From contig CAYWPX010000010.1 of the NCBI GenBank assembly GCA_964460615.1, positions 1,252 to 65,251 of the forward strand: 64,000 nt of DNA, written 5' to 3'. Within the stretch, counting starts at the first letter, position 1. Each line of letters opens with the position of its first letter. Position numbers and translations under genes: made by a program. Below, piece by piece: positions 25,974 to 36,813 of the stretch. Under the pieces are notes generated by a model, which was given only the letters and a program-made list of their open reading frames with translations, searched no databases and was not told the DNA's origin. Source of the stretch: an uncultured Planctomycetia bacterium. Its GTDB lineage: Bacteria; Omnitrophota; Gorgyraeia; CAYWPX01.

Positions 25974-27821
25974 TTAGAACCTGCCCATAAATACAATTAA
26001 TAATATCAGTGTCATAAAAATATAAGCGAGATACAGATGAATAGACCCCGGCTGAATACGCCTTGCGTACTTGGCCAATTTAAAAATCAAACTAAGCATC
26101 GGCTCATATATATACTCTTTAAAAACTTTGGTAGTATGCGTTTCATATCTAAAAGATTTGACATAATAGAAAGACTCTCTGATCTTTTGTGTTTTGCGGT
26201 AGGGCAAAAGAAAAAAACTGAAAGCGATCCTGAATGGCTTTGAAAAAGCCGTAGCAGTATATTCATTCCTCGGGTCAAGCTTATAGTAACCGCAATCCCA
26301 TGTTTTATATATAACGGCTTTTTTCCTTTTAAACATATACAGCATTACTCCTAATAGCCCCGTCGCTACCAGCACAATCGCAAGTATCGGTAAAGATAGA
26401 TAAATATCTGCCCCCGAAACCTGCGGATTAGCCTGCAGACTAATAATAAAATTATTCGGAGTAAAACTCATATTACTTATATCAACCCCGGCAGAAAAAC
26501 CCGCTATCTTACTAAGCATCTTTATAATGAATCCCGCCGCTAAACCAAGAAGAATTACAAGTACTGATAATATTGCCATAGATATCCTCATTGATATCGA
26601 TACCTCTTTGGCGTCTTTAGCGTTTCTACTTCTTGGCTGGGCAAGAAATATTATCCCGAATGCCTTGATAAAAGTGGCTATGGCTAAACCACCTGTGAGA
26701 CAAAGTAAAGATGCTACTATGCACAAAAATAGTTTCGTGCCGCCCAAAGTGTTAAGAGCCCCCAGGAAAAATGCCTGCAAAGTTAACCACTCGCTGACAA
26801 AGCCATTTAAAGGCGGTAAAGCTGATATCGCCATTACTCCTACCAGAAAATAAATAGCGGTCTGGGGCATCCGCTTTATAAGCCCGCCAAGTTTTTCCAT
26901 ATCGCGAGTTCCGGTAGCCTGGTAGATACTGCCGCTGCCTAAAAATAGAAGGCCTTTAAATATTGCATGATTCACGAGGTGATATAGCCCGGCTATTAAA
27001 GAAAAGATTGCAAGATATGGCATATTTATGCTCATAAAAAATATTGCCAGCCCCACTCCAAGCAGGATAATCCCGATATTTTCAACACTTGAATAAGCCA
27101 AAAGCCTTTTTATATCTTTTTCCATGAGGGCATATATGACACCCACTAAACATGTGAATGTAGCAAGTATGATTATAAGAATTCCCCACCACGAAGCGCC
27201 CACTCCGAGTATGAAGATAACAAATCTTATAAGCCCGTATATTGCGGTTTTGATCATTACGCCTGACATGATACTTGAGATATGGCTTGGAGCCTGCGGG
27301 TGGGCATATGGCAACCAGATATGTAAAGGCACAATGCCTGCCTTGGTGCCAAAACCTACTACAAGCAGAAGAAAAACTGCATTCCTGATATTCTGCGGCA
27401 TAAGCATACAACCACTTTTGATGCTTAATAGATCGAACGAACCGGTATATTTATAAAGAATCATAAAAGCAGCTATTAAAAATGCTGTTCCGATATGAGT
27501 CATTATTATGTATATTGTACCCGCCTGAATAGATTTTTCATGGGTGGAGTCAAACACGACGAGAAAGTATGAAACGAGTGACATGATCTCCCATATTACA
27601 AGAAAGAAGATAATATTTTTAGCCGTCACAACTAAACACATCGAGATAACAAAAATAATCATTAGAACCCATGCTAATAGGATCTTTGAACTAGGGTAAT
27701 CTTTTTTGAGGTAGCCGATAGAGTATATGGCGGATGGGATCGATACAATAGCAATCGCTATCAGGAAAAAAACTGACAGTGGATCAACTAAAAACAGTTT
27801 TGAAATACTTTGAAAATCCAT
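25974..27821 (-). CDS. NuoL / HyfB-like antiporter-type membrane subunit
   Basis: 615 aa, polytopic, WLPYAHPQAPSHISSIMSG…LLAYSSVENIG motifs. Confidence 0.8.
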   Translation of the reverse strand: MDFQSISKLFLVDPLSVFFLIAIAIVSIPSAIYSIGYLKKDYPSSKILLAWVLMIIFVISMCLVVTAKNIIFFLVIWEIMSLVSYFLVVFDSTHEKSIQAGTIYIIMTHIGTAFLIAAFMILYKYTGSFDLLSIKSGCMLMPQNIRNAVFLLLVVGFGTKAGIVPLHIWLPYAHPQAPSHISSIMSGVMIKTAIYGLIRFVIFILGVGASWWGILIIILATFTCLVGVIYALMEKDIKRLLAYSSVENIGIILLGVGLAIFFMSINMPYLAIFSLIAGLYHLVNHAIFKGLLFLGSGSIYQATGTRDMEKLGGLIKRMPQTAIYFLVGVMAISALPPLNGFVSEWLTLQAFFLGALNTLGGTKLFLCIVASLLCLTGGLAIATFIKAFGIIFLAQPRSRNAKDAKEVSISMRISMAILSVLVILLGLAAGFIIKMLSKIAGFSAGVDISNMSFTPNNFIISLQANPQVSGADIYLSLPILAIVLVATGLLGVMLYMFKRKKAVIYKTWDCGYYKLDPRNEYTATAFSKPFRIAFSFFLLPYRKTQKIRESFYYVKSFRYETHTTKVFKEYIYEPMLSLIFKLAKYARRIQPGSIHLYLAYIFMTLILLIVFMGRF

Positions 27822-27980
27822 AATTTACCTATGAAGTCCCATGGTTTTGCAGTCGCGGTTAATTGAAAACCCGCCGCCGCTTAGCGCCGGCGAGGTCCGC
27901 CTTCAACTTATAGAGTGACATCTCGCCGTTATGTAGAATTCCCGCATTCATCCTTCGTACTTTAGACACAAAGTTTTCAG

Positions 27981-28023
27981 GGAAGGCGGATATAAAAGTA
28001 AAAGACCTTGACGGTTTACTCAA
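27981..28023 (-). terminator. Candidate terminator downstream of the ACR3 gene
   Basis: 10-bp stem AAGACCTTGA…TCAAGGTCTT, then T-rich TTTTACTTTTAT on the minus strand. Confidence 0.4.
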
Positions 28024-28128
28024 TCAAGGTCTTGGGTTTCATTCCTGCGGCCTTTGCCGTATAGCCAGTATAACTAATAGTTTGTTCCGGTATTTACTTT
28101 ATCAGTATAATCCTTTAAGGTTACTATT

Positions 28129-29187
28129 TCAAGGATTTTTTTTAAATCTAAGTGCCAAGTTCACAAGTATTATCAAAACAGGGACTTCTACTAACGGCCC
28201 AATTACTGTAGCGAAAGCCTGGTTTGAGCTTATACCAAATATTGCTACAGCTACTGCAATCGCCAATTCAAAATCATTACTAGCAGCAGTAAATGAGGTT
28301 GCAACTCTTTGCCCATAATTTATCTTCATACGACCAGAAATAAAAAAAGTCGCAAACCACATTATAAAAAAATATATAACCAAAGGCACAGCAACCCTGA
28401 ACACGTCTAAAGGTTGTTTTACAATATATTGGCCTTTTAAAGAAAACATTACAATTATTGTAAATAGAAGCGCTACTAAGGTTATAGGGCTTATCTTAGG
28501 AATAAATTTATCTTCATACCACTTTTTGCCTTTTAACTTTATCAGACTGAAGCGCGTTATGGCTCCCAATAGAAATGGGATACCAAGATAAAATAAAACC
28601 GTTGATGCGGCATCCACCATGGATATATTTATATTTAAACCTTTGTCAAGGCCCAGCCACTTTAGCCCTAGAGTAATAAATAGATAGATATATGCTGCAT
28701 AAAATAAGATCTGGAATATTGCATTAAAAGCTACTAGACCTATTGCAAATTCCCTGTCGCCCTCGGCAAGTTCATTCCACACAATAACCATAGCAATGCA
28801 GCGCGCCAAACCAACAAGAATAACTCCAACCATGTACTCCGGATAATTATGGAGAAAAATAATTGCGAGAATAAACATTACAACAGGCCCGACAATCCAA
28901 TTCTGGATCAAAGAAAGCGCTAAAAGCTTTGGCTTATTAAATACCTTTCCCATCTCTTCATATTTTACTTTAGCAAGAGGAGGGTACATCATAAGTATCA
29001 AACCTATCGCTATTGGAATGGATGTAGCCCCTACCTGCATATCCGATATGCATTTAGTAGCGCTTGGAGCAAAATAACCTAAAGCAACCCCTATCCCCAT
29101 CGCCAAAAATATTAAAGGTGTTAGCAGCTTATCTAATAACGATAGTTCTTTTCTAGATTCATATAATTCATGTTTTGTATAAGGCAT
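28129..29187 (-). CDS. acr3: ACR3-family arsenite efflux transporter
   Basis: 10-TM BART-superfamily layout and typical ACR3 N-terminus. Confidence 0.8.
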   Translation of the reverse strand: MPYTKHELYESRKELSLLDKLLTPLIFLAMGIGVALGYFAPSATKCISDMQVGATSIPIAIGLILMMYPPLAKVKYEEMGKVFNKPKLLALSLIQNWIVGPVVMFILAIIFLHNYPEYMVGVILVGLARCIAMVIVWNELAEGDREFAIGLVAFNAIFQILFYAAYIYLFITLGLKWLGLDKGLNINISMVDAASTVLFYLGIPFLLGAITRFSLIKLKGKKWYEDKFIPKISPITLVALLFTIIVMFSLKGQYIVKQPLDVFRVAVPLVIYFFIMWFATFFISGRMKINYGQRVATSFTAASNDFELAIAVAVAIFGISSNQAFATVIGPLVEVPVLIILVNLALRFKKNP

Positions 29188-29222
29188 GCTTACTCCTTCT
29201 CAGTAAATTATCATCCAATATT

Positions 29223-30011
29223 TTATGTAACCGGTTTTTTTGCCGAAATTTTGAGGCTTACTATAACATCCTCTAGGCTTTTAAAATTATCCAAAATATT
29301 GTCTACAGGGTAACTTGACTGGCTGATTACACCCACATCTTCGAATCCTGCCTTCTTAATAAGTTGTATATATGTGTCTTTACTTATAGCCCCTGCAATA
29401 CACCCCACATATGCCTCAACCGATTCTTTAACTGAATTTGGCAAATCCTTAAGAAGCGCCAAGTCTGAGATCATTAATCTGCCAGATGGTTTTAACACCC
29501 TAAATGCCTCTCGAAACACCTGTTCTTTGTCAGGCGAAAGATTAATTACACAATTTGAAATAACTACATCAATTGATTTATCTTCAACTGGAAGTTTCTC
29601 AATTTCGCCTAAGCGAAAATCGACATTGCTATATTTGCCTTTTTTAGCATTCAATTTTGCCTTATCAATCATTTCGGATGTCATATCAATACCAATAACA
29701 CGGCCATCCGGACCCACTTCTTTTGCTGCCAAAAACACATCAAAACCAGCCCCGCTTCCCAGATCAAGAACAACGTCACCCTTTTTTAATGAAGCAAGCG
29801 CTACCGGGTTACCGCATCCAAAACCTAAATTCGCTTCTTCGGGGGCAGAATTCATATCTGACTCGCTATAACCAATAGCTTTACTTATTTGTTTTGCCTT
29901 TGTAGTGCCGGAACAACAAGTTGGCCCTGAGCAACAAGAGGTATTTCTTGTAACTGCCTTGGCATAGCCATCCCTAACCATTTTTTTAATTTCTTCTGAT
30001 TTTCTTTTCAT
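29223..30011 (-). CDS. arsM: Arsenite S-adenosylmethionine methyltransferase (ArsM)
   Basis: SAM motif VLDLGSGAGFDV, N-terminal Cys cluster (CCSGPTCCSG), ArsM-like length. Confidence 0.8.
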   Translation of the reverse strand: MKRKSEEIKKMVRDGYAKAVTRNTSCCSGPTCCSGTTKAKQISKAIGYSESDMNSAPEEANLGFGCGNPVALASLKKGDVVLDLGSGAGFDVFLAAKEVGPDGRVIGIDMTSEMIDKAKLNAKKGKYSNVDFRLGEIEKLPVEDKSIDVVISNCVINLSPDKEQVFREAFRVLKPSGRLMISDLALLKDLPNSVKESVEAYVGCIAGAISKDTYIQLIKKAGFEDVGVISQSSYPVDNILDNFKSLEDVIVSLKISAKKPVT

Positions 30012-30053
30012 ATTTCAACCGATCCTCCATATCTAAATCTACTTAAAAAGCAT

Positions 30054-31013
30054 TTATACCAAAATTTGTTGAATTAAATTAAATAGATAACCCGTTATTA
30101 TGATAGCCAGGATCGTTATGCCAAAAAAAATTGCTATCAAGTTTAGCTTCATCGCGCGCCTTAGCATTATGGCCTCAGGCAGGCTGAGCGCTGACACCGC
30201 CATCATAAAAGCTAGAGCTGTCCCAAGCGGAAATCCTTTTTGGAATAAAACAACAGCTATAGGCACTATTGCCGCGCAGCTACCATACATCGGCACTCCT
30301 ATAAGAGTAGCTATGGGAACGGAAAATATGCCTGTCTTGCCGACAGTGGATTGAACCATACCCTCGGGTATATAATTATGGATTAAAGCCCCTACCCCAA
30401 CACCTACCAATACCCATATCCAAAGTTTTTTTATAATGCAATTTGCTTCACTAAGGCCGAATGAGACCCTGTTTTTAAAACCCTTGTATTTTATCTCGCA
30501 ACTTGATTCCAAATTACCGGCAACGATATCTTTCTCCAGGTATCTTGCTAAATTCATCCTGTCCAATATAATTCCCGATATGGTGCCTATCGACATCCCG
30601 CTTATTATATAAAGAAGTGTTATCTTCCATCCAAAAAAACCTATCATCAGCACTACAAGGTACTCATTAATTAAAGGCGATGTTATCAAAAAAGAAAAAG
30701 TTACTCCCAACGGGATGCCGGCTTTAAGAAAACTCAAAAATATCGGTATTGAGGAACACGAGCAAAAAGGCGTCACTGCTCCGAATGCTGAAGCTAATAT
30801 ATTACCTAAGCCTTTTTTGTGCGCCAGCCAGCCTTTTATCTTATGCTGAGGCAGAAATGTTCTAAAAAAACCAATAGCGCCTATCATAAAAAATAGAAGC
30901 AGCATTATCTTTATCAAATCGTAGATAAAAAAATCCAATACTGCCCCCAATTTTGACTCAGGGTCGAATCCAAATACTGAATATATAAGCCAATCAACTA
31001 CTACTTGCAACAT
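30054..31013 (-). CDS. arsP: ArsP-like permease (organoarsenical efflux permease family, DUF318)
   Basis: 8-TM permease with a [10 protein letters not shown] motif; located in the ars cluster. Confidence 0.65.
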   Translation of the reverse strand: MLQVVVDWLIYSVFGFDPESKLGAVLDFFIYDLIKIMLLLFFMIGAIGFFRTFLPQHKIKGWLAHKKGLGNILASAFGAVTPFCSCSSIPIFLSFLKAGIPLGVTFSFLITSPLINEYLVVLMIGFFGWKITLLYIISGMSIGTISGIILDRMNLARYLEKDIVAGNLESSCEIKYKGFKNRVSFGLSEANCIIKKLWIWVLVGVGVGALIHNYIPEGMVQSTVGKTGIFSVPIATLIGVPMYGSCAAIVPIAVVLFQKGFPLGTALAFMMAVSALSLPEAIMLRRAMKLNLIAIFFGITILAIIITGYLFNLIQQILV

Positions 31014-31153
31014 GAGTCGCTTTTTGAATCACTTTTACAGCAGCATTTTTGGGATTTGGACTTCTCTTCAATCTTCTTATCAAGTTTTGCAAAAATCCCC
31101 TTAAAAAAACTTTTTATCTTCCCGCTAGGTCTACATTCTTTTTCATTTTCCAT
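31001..31153 (-). CDS. Unlisted small Cys-rich ORF (50 aa): [50 protein letters not shown]
   Basis: Below the ORF-track size cutoff. Strong SD AAAGGAGAAGAC-ATG; stop overlaps the arsP-like start by 13 nt (translational coupling). CCC…CC C-terminus suggests metal(loid) binding. Confidence 0.5.
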   Translation of the reverse strand: MENEKECRPSGKIKSFFKGIFAKLDKKIEEKSKSQKCCCKSDSKSDSCCK

Positions 31154-31362
31154 GTCTTCTCCTTTTTTTATTTAACACCCAATTTTTTTAAAAAACTCAT
31201 CATCGGACACCAGTTGGTAAAAGCGGATTGCAAAAGATTCGCCCCGACAAAAGCCGTAAACCATAGCCATAGAGGGCTAAAATAATACGCCAGCACCAGA
31301 CTTATTAAAATCAATGTACCTGCTATGCCTCTCAGGATCCTATCCATAAAATTAGCTCCTTC

Positions 31363-34300
31363 TTAGGTTTTTTGTTTCATCGCCATGTAATAAATAACCG
31401 GAACGGTTGTGCGCGATAGTATCGTAGAGGCTATTTCTCCTGCCATTAACGATACCGCAAGGCCCTGGAATATCGGATCAAACAATATTACCGATGCCCC
31501 CACTACAACTGACGCTGCTGTAAGTAACATCGGTCGGAATCTTTTTGCACCGGCGTCTATGACGGCCTCCTCAAGGCTCATGCCTTCGTTAACCCTTATC
31601 TTAATAAAATCGGCTAAGATAATAGAATTTCTTACTACAATGCCGGCCCCCGCGATCATACCTATCATCGAAGTAGCCGTAAAAAATACTCCGAATAACC
31701 AGTGCGCCGGAAGTATCCCCACCAAAGTAAGCGGTATCGGGAGCATGATTATCCACGGGGTCTTAAATGACTGGAACCACCCCACCACAAGGACATATAT
31801 AAGTATAAGCACCAAGCAGAATGCGATACCCAGATCCCTGAAGACCTCATAAGTGATCTGCCATTCTCCATCCCATTTCATAGACCATTTATCAGTTGTT
31901 TTTGGCTGATCGGTAAAAAGCTGTGTCAATGTTTTTTCCTTTGCCGGGGCTGGCGAAGGAAGGGCAATATCATTTATAGGGCCTTTTAAGTCGAGTATCG
32001 TATAGACCGGGCTTTCATATTCGCCCGCAACATCAGCTATGACGTATGCAACCTGCATAAGATTTTTATGATATATCGGCATATCTTTGGATCTTGTTTC
32101 CGTAATGACCAGCTCTCTTAATGGAATTTTTTGGCCCGCTCTCGACAATATCGATATATCCAAAAGCGCATCGAGGTTCTGGCGCTTCTCCTTTGGTAAT
32201 CTCAATATTATCTCAACCGGTTCATGTTCATCGGATAAATGCGCGAGATCAACCATGCTTCCTTTTATCGCCAGGGCGATCGTATTTGCTATGACAGGAA
32301 CAGAAATCCCATTTAAAGTAGCCTTCTCAGTATTGATCCTGAGCCTAAAAAGTTTTTCGGGCTTTGTAACATATGTGTCGATATCGGTAATACCCTTATT
32401 TTTGTTAAGGAGTTCTTCGATTTTATTGGCGAGTTCATTCTGGCCCTCGGTTGTCGGGCCATAGACCTCAAAAACCAGCGTTGAAAGCACCGGCGGGCCG
32501 GGCGGAACCTCGGCTATCTGGACATGCCCTCCGTGATTTTTAACTATTTCGTGGATCTTTGCCCTTACGGACTTTGCGATATCATGGCTCTGCCGTTTTC
32601 GTGATTTTTTGCCGACAAGATTCACCTGGAGGTCTCCTTGATGCGGCAACGACCTTAAATAATAATGCCTTACTAAGCCGTTGAAATTATAAGGAGCACT
32701 ACTACCGGCATATGCCTCTATATCCTTTACTTCCGGAACAGTCACAAGATAATCTGAGATCTCTTTAAGCGCGTTTTTGGTCTTTTCGAGTGGTGTTCCA
32801 TCCGGCATATTAAGCACAACCTGAAATTCATTCTTATTGTCAAATGGGAGCATCTTTACTTTTACCAATCTAAGAGGAATAAGCATTATGACCGCCACTA
32901 AAAGCGCGGCCATAGAGATAAGGAATATTTTTCTGACCTTAGCATTATAAATAAGAGGGTTCATGTAGGATCTATATATGCGCGTAAGAAGGTCTTCTTT
33001 CTCCCCTTCGGAGTGGCTTTTTAATTTGCCTTCTTTATGGGCCTTTCCCAGGATCTTGTATGCCGCCCAGGGAGTGGCAATAAAAGCAACCATCATGGAG
33101 ATGGACATAGCTATACTGGCGCCTATCGGTATGGGGCGCATATAGGGGCCCATAAGCCCTCTCACGAATGCCATCGGCAGAATGGCCGCAATGACTGTAA
33201 GCGTAGCGAGTATCAACGGACTGCCGACCTCTTTTACGGCTTCAATGGTAACATCAAGCAAGGATCTCCCGCGGTTTTTGGGAAGCCTTAGATGCCTTAC
33301 AATATTTTCTACATCGACAATAGGGTCATCGACTAATATCCCTATTGAAAAGATCAGCGCAAATAGCGTTATCCTGTTAAGCGTAAATCCCAGAAAATAA
33401 AAAGCCGCCAAAGTCAGAGAAAGCGTCATCGGTATCGCTATGGCTACTACTCCTGATTCCCTGAACCCGAGCGTAAACGCTATCAAAACGCTTACGCCGA
33501 ATATAGCAAGCGCCATATGGAACAAAAGCTCATTAGACTTTTCATTAGCAGTCTCTCCGTAATCCCTCGTCACGGTAAAACTGATATCATTGTGCCATTC
33601 GGCAATTCGTATCTCTTCAACTTTTGAAATAATGTTTTCACAAAGTTTTACCGCATTTGCACCCTTTCTTTTTGAGACCGCAAGCGTAACTGCTTTGAAA
33701 GGCCCTTTTTCCGTTTCAATCGAGCCTTTGCCGAATCTTATATTCACATCATTATCAAGTTCGTCCGGACCGTCTACTACCTCGGCAATATCCTTGAGAT
33801 AAACCACTCCGCCGCCGCTTACCCCAACCACCAAATTCTCCAAGTCTTCTTTTGACCTGAAAAACGCGTCGGCTTCAACGTGGGTCAAATTATCGGCATC
33901 ATCCAAATGCCCCGACTCAATCTTGATATTCGCTTTTTGGATCAGCGAGGTTATCTCGTCGGTATTAAGCAGTCTCTCGCTTAATTTTGCCTCATCAAAA
34001 AAAACCTGAAACTGCCTTTTTCTGCCTCCGGTAATAACAGTCTCGGAAACATCCGGTGTGGCATTAATTTTATTTTGGATGTCGGCTACGATCTTACGGA
34101 GAGTGACTTCATCTTTTGTTTTACTGTGGAATGTCAAACTTAAAATCGGGACATCATCGATAGACCTGAGCTTTATAAGAGGCTCGGAAGCGCCTTTTGG
34201 AAGCAGATCCAGGTTTGAATACACCTTTGTATAAAGCTTGATGAGGCTTTTTTCTACGTCCTCACCGACCTTGAACCTGACGGTTATAAGAGCGCCGTCA

Positions 34301-34593
34301 CTTTCGGCTTTTGAATATATATATTCTACCCCTTTTATCTCCCAGAGCTTTCTTTCGCCGAGATTAAGGATCCTTCTTTCGACTTCCTCACTCGTCATCC
34401 CCGGGTAAGAGACAAATATATCGAACATCGGCACCGAGATCTGAGGCTCCTCTTCTCTGGGAAGATTTATAACAGAGATCATACCAATTATTATAGAAGT
34501 AACTATTATTAAAGGCGTAACTTTTGAATTAACGAATGTTTTTATTACATTTCCCAAAAAACCTTGTTTGTCGAAGGAATTGATATTATTCAT
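31363..34593 (-). CDS. RND efflux transporter permease subunit (AcrB/CzcA superfamily)
   Basis: 1076 aa, 12 TM with two large periplasmic loops, typical N-terminal TM1 and conserved TM4 region. Confidence 0.9.
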   Translation of the reverse strand: MNNINSFDKQGFLGNVIKTFVNSKVTPLIIVTSIIIGMISVINLPREEEPQISVPMFDIFVSYPGMTSEEVERRILNLGERKLWEIKGVEYIYSKAESDGALITVRFKVGEDVEKSLIKLYTKVYSNLDLLPKGASEPLIKLRSIDDVPILSLTFHSKTKDEVTLRKIVADIQNKINATPDVSETVITGGRKRQFQVFFDEAKLSERLLNTDEITSLIQKANIKIESGHLDDADNLTHVEADAFFRSKEDLENLVVGVSGGGVVYLKDIAEVVDGPDELDNDVNIRFGKGSIETEKGPFKAVTLAVSKRKGANAVKLCENIISKVEEIRIAEWHNDISFTVTRDYGETANEKSNELLFHMALAIFGVSVLIAFTLGFRESGVVAIAIPMTLSLTLAAFYFLGFTLNRITLFALIFSIGILVDDPIVDVENIVRHLRLPKNRGRSLLDVTIEAVKEVGSPLILATLTVIAAILPMAFVRGLMGPYMRPIPIGASIAMSISMMVAFIATPWAAYKILGKAHKEGKLKSHSEGEKEDLLTRIYRSYMNPLIYNAKVRKIFLISMAALLVAVIMLIPLRLVKVKMLPFDNKNEFQVVLNMPDGTPLEKTKNALKEISDYLVTVPEVKDIEAYAGSSAPYNFNGLVRHYYLRSLPHQGDLQVNLVGKKSRKRQSHDIAKSVRAKIHEIVKNHGGHVQIAEVPPGPPVLSTLVFEVYGPTTEGQNELANKIEELLNKNKGITDIDTYVTKPEKLFRLRINTEKATLNGISVPVIANTIALAIKGSMVDLAHLSDEHEPVEIILRLPKEKRQNLDALLDISILSRAGQKIPLRELVITETRSKDMPIYHKNLMQVAYVIADVAGEYESPVYTILDLKGPINDIALPSPAPAKEKTLTQLFTDQPKTTDKWSMKWDGEWQITYEVFRDLGIAFCLVLILIYVLVVGWFQSFKTPWIIMLPIPLTLVGILPAHWLFGVFFTATSMIGMIAGAGIVVRNSIILADFIKIRVNEGMSLEEAVIDAGAKRFRPMLLTAASVVVGASVILFDPIFQGLAVSLMAGEIASTILSRTTVPVIYYMAMKQKT

Positions 34594-35995
34594 TTGTTAT
34601 CCTTTTAGCAAGATCTTCCATTTCAAACTCACCGAGTTGCCCCGAAAGGAAGAAAAGCCTTGTGCGGGAAGCTTCAACATCTGTGATGAGCGAATAATAA
34701 GCTTTTGCCACACTAAGGTATGAATAACGCACCTCAAGAAGGTCAGCTATGGACTTCCTGCCTTCCCTATATAAAGGAAGCATCAGGTCCATACCTTCTT
34801 TAGCGTCATTAAGCATCTCTTTAATGACCGGGATATTGGATTCGGTTGTCTTAAAATGCCCGAATTCCCCTGCTATATCACCGGCAATGCTGTCTTTCAG
34901 GATCTTTTCATCAAATTCTAATTTTTTAAGTTCTTCTTTTGATATCTTGATCCGGGATAGATATGCCGGATCGAATATGTCTATCTGGGCCTTGACCCCT
35001 GCCAGATAATTCTGTCCGCCATTTGCAGAGAGCCTGTGGGTGTCTTCATGGACCTCTGCGAAAGCGTTTATTCTGGGCAAGATAGTCGATTTTTCTCTCG
35101 AAAGGTCTATCCGCTGAGCTTTAATTATTTTTTCTATCGCCGCCAGGTCAGGCCTGGATTTATACGCTATATCAAATAAATTATCAAGCGATTCTCCCAT
35201 TTTAACGGGCCTGATATTGCCCTCGATTTCAAAAGTATTAAAAGGTTCTTCTCCCATGATTATATTTAAAAGCACATGAGTTATCATCTTATCCTGCTCA
35301 AGTTTGTTCTTCAATTGATTGATATTGCCAAACGCTACCTTTGCGACATAAAAATCAGCTCCGAGTATAAGCCCCTTATCCTTAAGGTCCTTTGCCGCCT
35401 TTACATCTTCTAGGGATGCAAGGCTGATCTCATTACATGTTACTAGCAATTTCTCGACAGCAATGGCCTTTAAATATGCATCGGATGCTACTAAATAGGC
35501 CTCCATCTTAGTGAATAAACTTTCAAATCTGGCAGATTCGACATGTAATTTAGCGGCCTTTACCCTGTAAATCGTCTGCAAGGCATCAAAGACCGGGAGC
35601 TTTCCGCCGATGGAAAAATCAAATGTCGGGTGGGAATCTGGCTTGTTGAGATTTGATAGAGAAAAATTTTCCTGGTTAAAGGCATTCTCCCTTAATAGGC
35701 TTCCGAAAACATAAACAGGGTCATTGCCGATCTCAAAAGAGGCGCCGGCGGTGAACTGAGGCATAAACCCTGACGCAGCCTTGTATTTGCGGGCAATAGC
35801 AAGATTGACGCTTGAATCCTGTTTTTTTAGTTTCGGATAATAGGCAAGGACCTTCCCGTAGAATTCCCTGAAAGTAAGGATCTTGGCGTTTGGAATATCT
35901 TTTGCGTAAGATATGTTTGCAAAATTAAATAAAAAAACCAGAAGAAATGAACATAATATCCTTAAGGAGCTTAGAAAAAAAGCATGGTTAGACAA
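34586..35995 (-). CDS. Outer-membrane efflux protein (TolC/OMF family)
   Basis: Signal peptide, two OEP repeats; 8-nt overlap with the RND gene. No membrane-fusion adaptor gene between them. Confidence 0.75.
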   Translation of the reverse strand: MSNHAFFLSSLRILCSFLLVFLFNFANISYAKDIPNAKILTFREFYGKVLAYYPKLKKQDSSVNLAIARKYKAASGFMPQFTAGASFEIGNDPVYVFGSLLRENAFNQENFSLSNLNKPDSHPTFDFSIGGKLPVFDALQTIYRVKAAKLHVESARFESLFTKMEAYLVASDAYLKAIAVEKLLVTCNEISLASLEDVKAAKDLKDKGLILGADFYVAKVAFGNINQLKNKLEQDKMITHVLLNIIMGEEPFNTFEIEGNIRPVKMGESLDNLFDIAYKSRPDLAAIEKIIKAQRIDLSREKSTILPRINAFAEVHEDTHRLSANGGQNYLAGVKAQIDIFDPAYLSRIKISKEELKKLEFDEKILKDSIAGDIAGEFGHFKTTESNIPVIKEMLNDAKEGMDLMLPLYREGRKSIADLLEVRYSYLSVAKAYYSLITDVEASRTRLFFLSGQLGEFEMEDLAKRITNE

Positions 35996-36072
35996 TTTAG
36001 CCCTCCTTTATATAATTAATATAATTAAAATTCACTGAAAACACAACATAATTAATAGATATAAACACTCCA

Positions 36073-36426
36073 CTAATCTTCTAAGCATTTACCTATTTCT
36101 CCAACGCACCCAAGACAGGTAAGCCTGCCTAATGAACGTATCTCTTTGCATTTTAAAGAGCCGGCCTTGCTTAAGAGAGCGTTTTGACAAATTTTAACTT
36201 TTTCCAAAGAGATATCCTGAAAGAGGTACTTTGCCGCATAAAAGGCACCGCAAACTCCTTCAGGCGCCCTCCCTCCCCCATAATCTGCGAATAATTTAAC
36301 CACATCTTCGCTTAGAGAAAATTTATCTTTAAAAGCGCTGATGATCGACTGAGCGCAATTCAATCTGATAGACCCATCTTTGCCCAAAAAATATGCCTTA
36401 GCCTTCTCAGAACTCATATACTTCAC
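36073..36426 (-). CDS. C_GCAxxG_C_C family redox-active protein
   Basis: C…GVCGAFYAA…CLGC motifs. Confidence 0.7.
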   Translation of the reverse strand: MKYMSSEKAKAYFLGKDGSIRLNCAQSIISAFKDKFSLSEDVVKLFADYGGGRAPEGVCGAFYAAKYLFQDISLEKVKICQNALLSKAGSLKCKEIRSLGRLTCLGCVGEIGKCLED

Positions 36427-36473
36427 TCCTTATATTGTATTATTGTAATAATGCGATATTAATTACAAAAGAA

Positions 36474-36740
36474 TTATTTCTTTAATACCCTTAGAAGTTT
36501 CTCTACTCTATCATCAACCACCTTATAGCAGCACTTGACCCCATCTTTTTTGGTAGCAACGATGCCTCTATTTTTTAATAATGCGAGGTGCTGGGAAATA
36601 GTGGATTGAGGCAACTTTAAACCTCTTACTATCTTATTCACGTTACATTCGTGGTTTAAAAGCCCCTCGACAATTTTGAGCCTGACCGGATGGCCAAGGG
36701 CCTTAAAAAATTCGCTCTCTTTATTATATTCTAAACTCAT
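36474..36740 (-). CDS. arsR: ArsR/SmtB family transcriptional regulator
   Basis: wHTH ALGHPVRLKIVEGLL…STISQHLALLKNRGIV, C-terminal CC pair. Confidence 0.85.
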   Translation of the reverse strand: MSLEYNKESEFFKALGHPVRLKIVEGLLNHECNVNKIVRGLKLPQSTISQHLALLKNRGIVATKKDGVKCCYKVVDDRVEKLLRVLKK

Positions 36741-36813
36741 TTAGATCACCTCTATCGTATTATTACGATAATACAATATAAAATAATTTTTGTCAATACT
36801 TATTTAAAAGTAT

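Noticed and set aside
31049-31285. + strand ORF 31049..31285
   Set aside because: It is antisense to the better-supported 50-aa Cys-rich minus-strand ORF with its strong SD, and has no motif.
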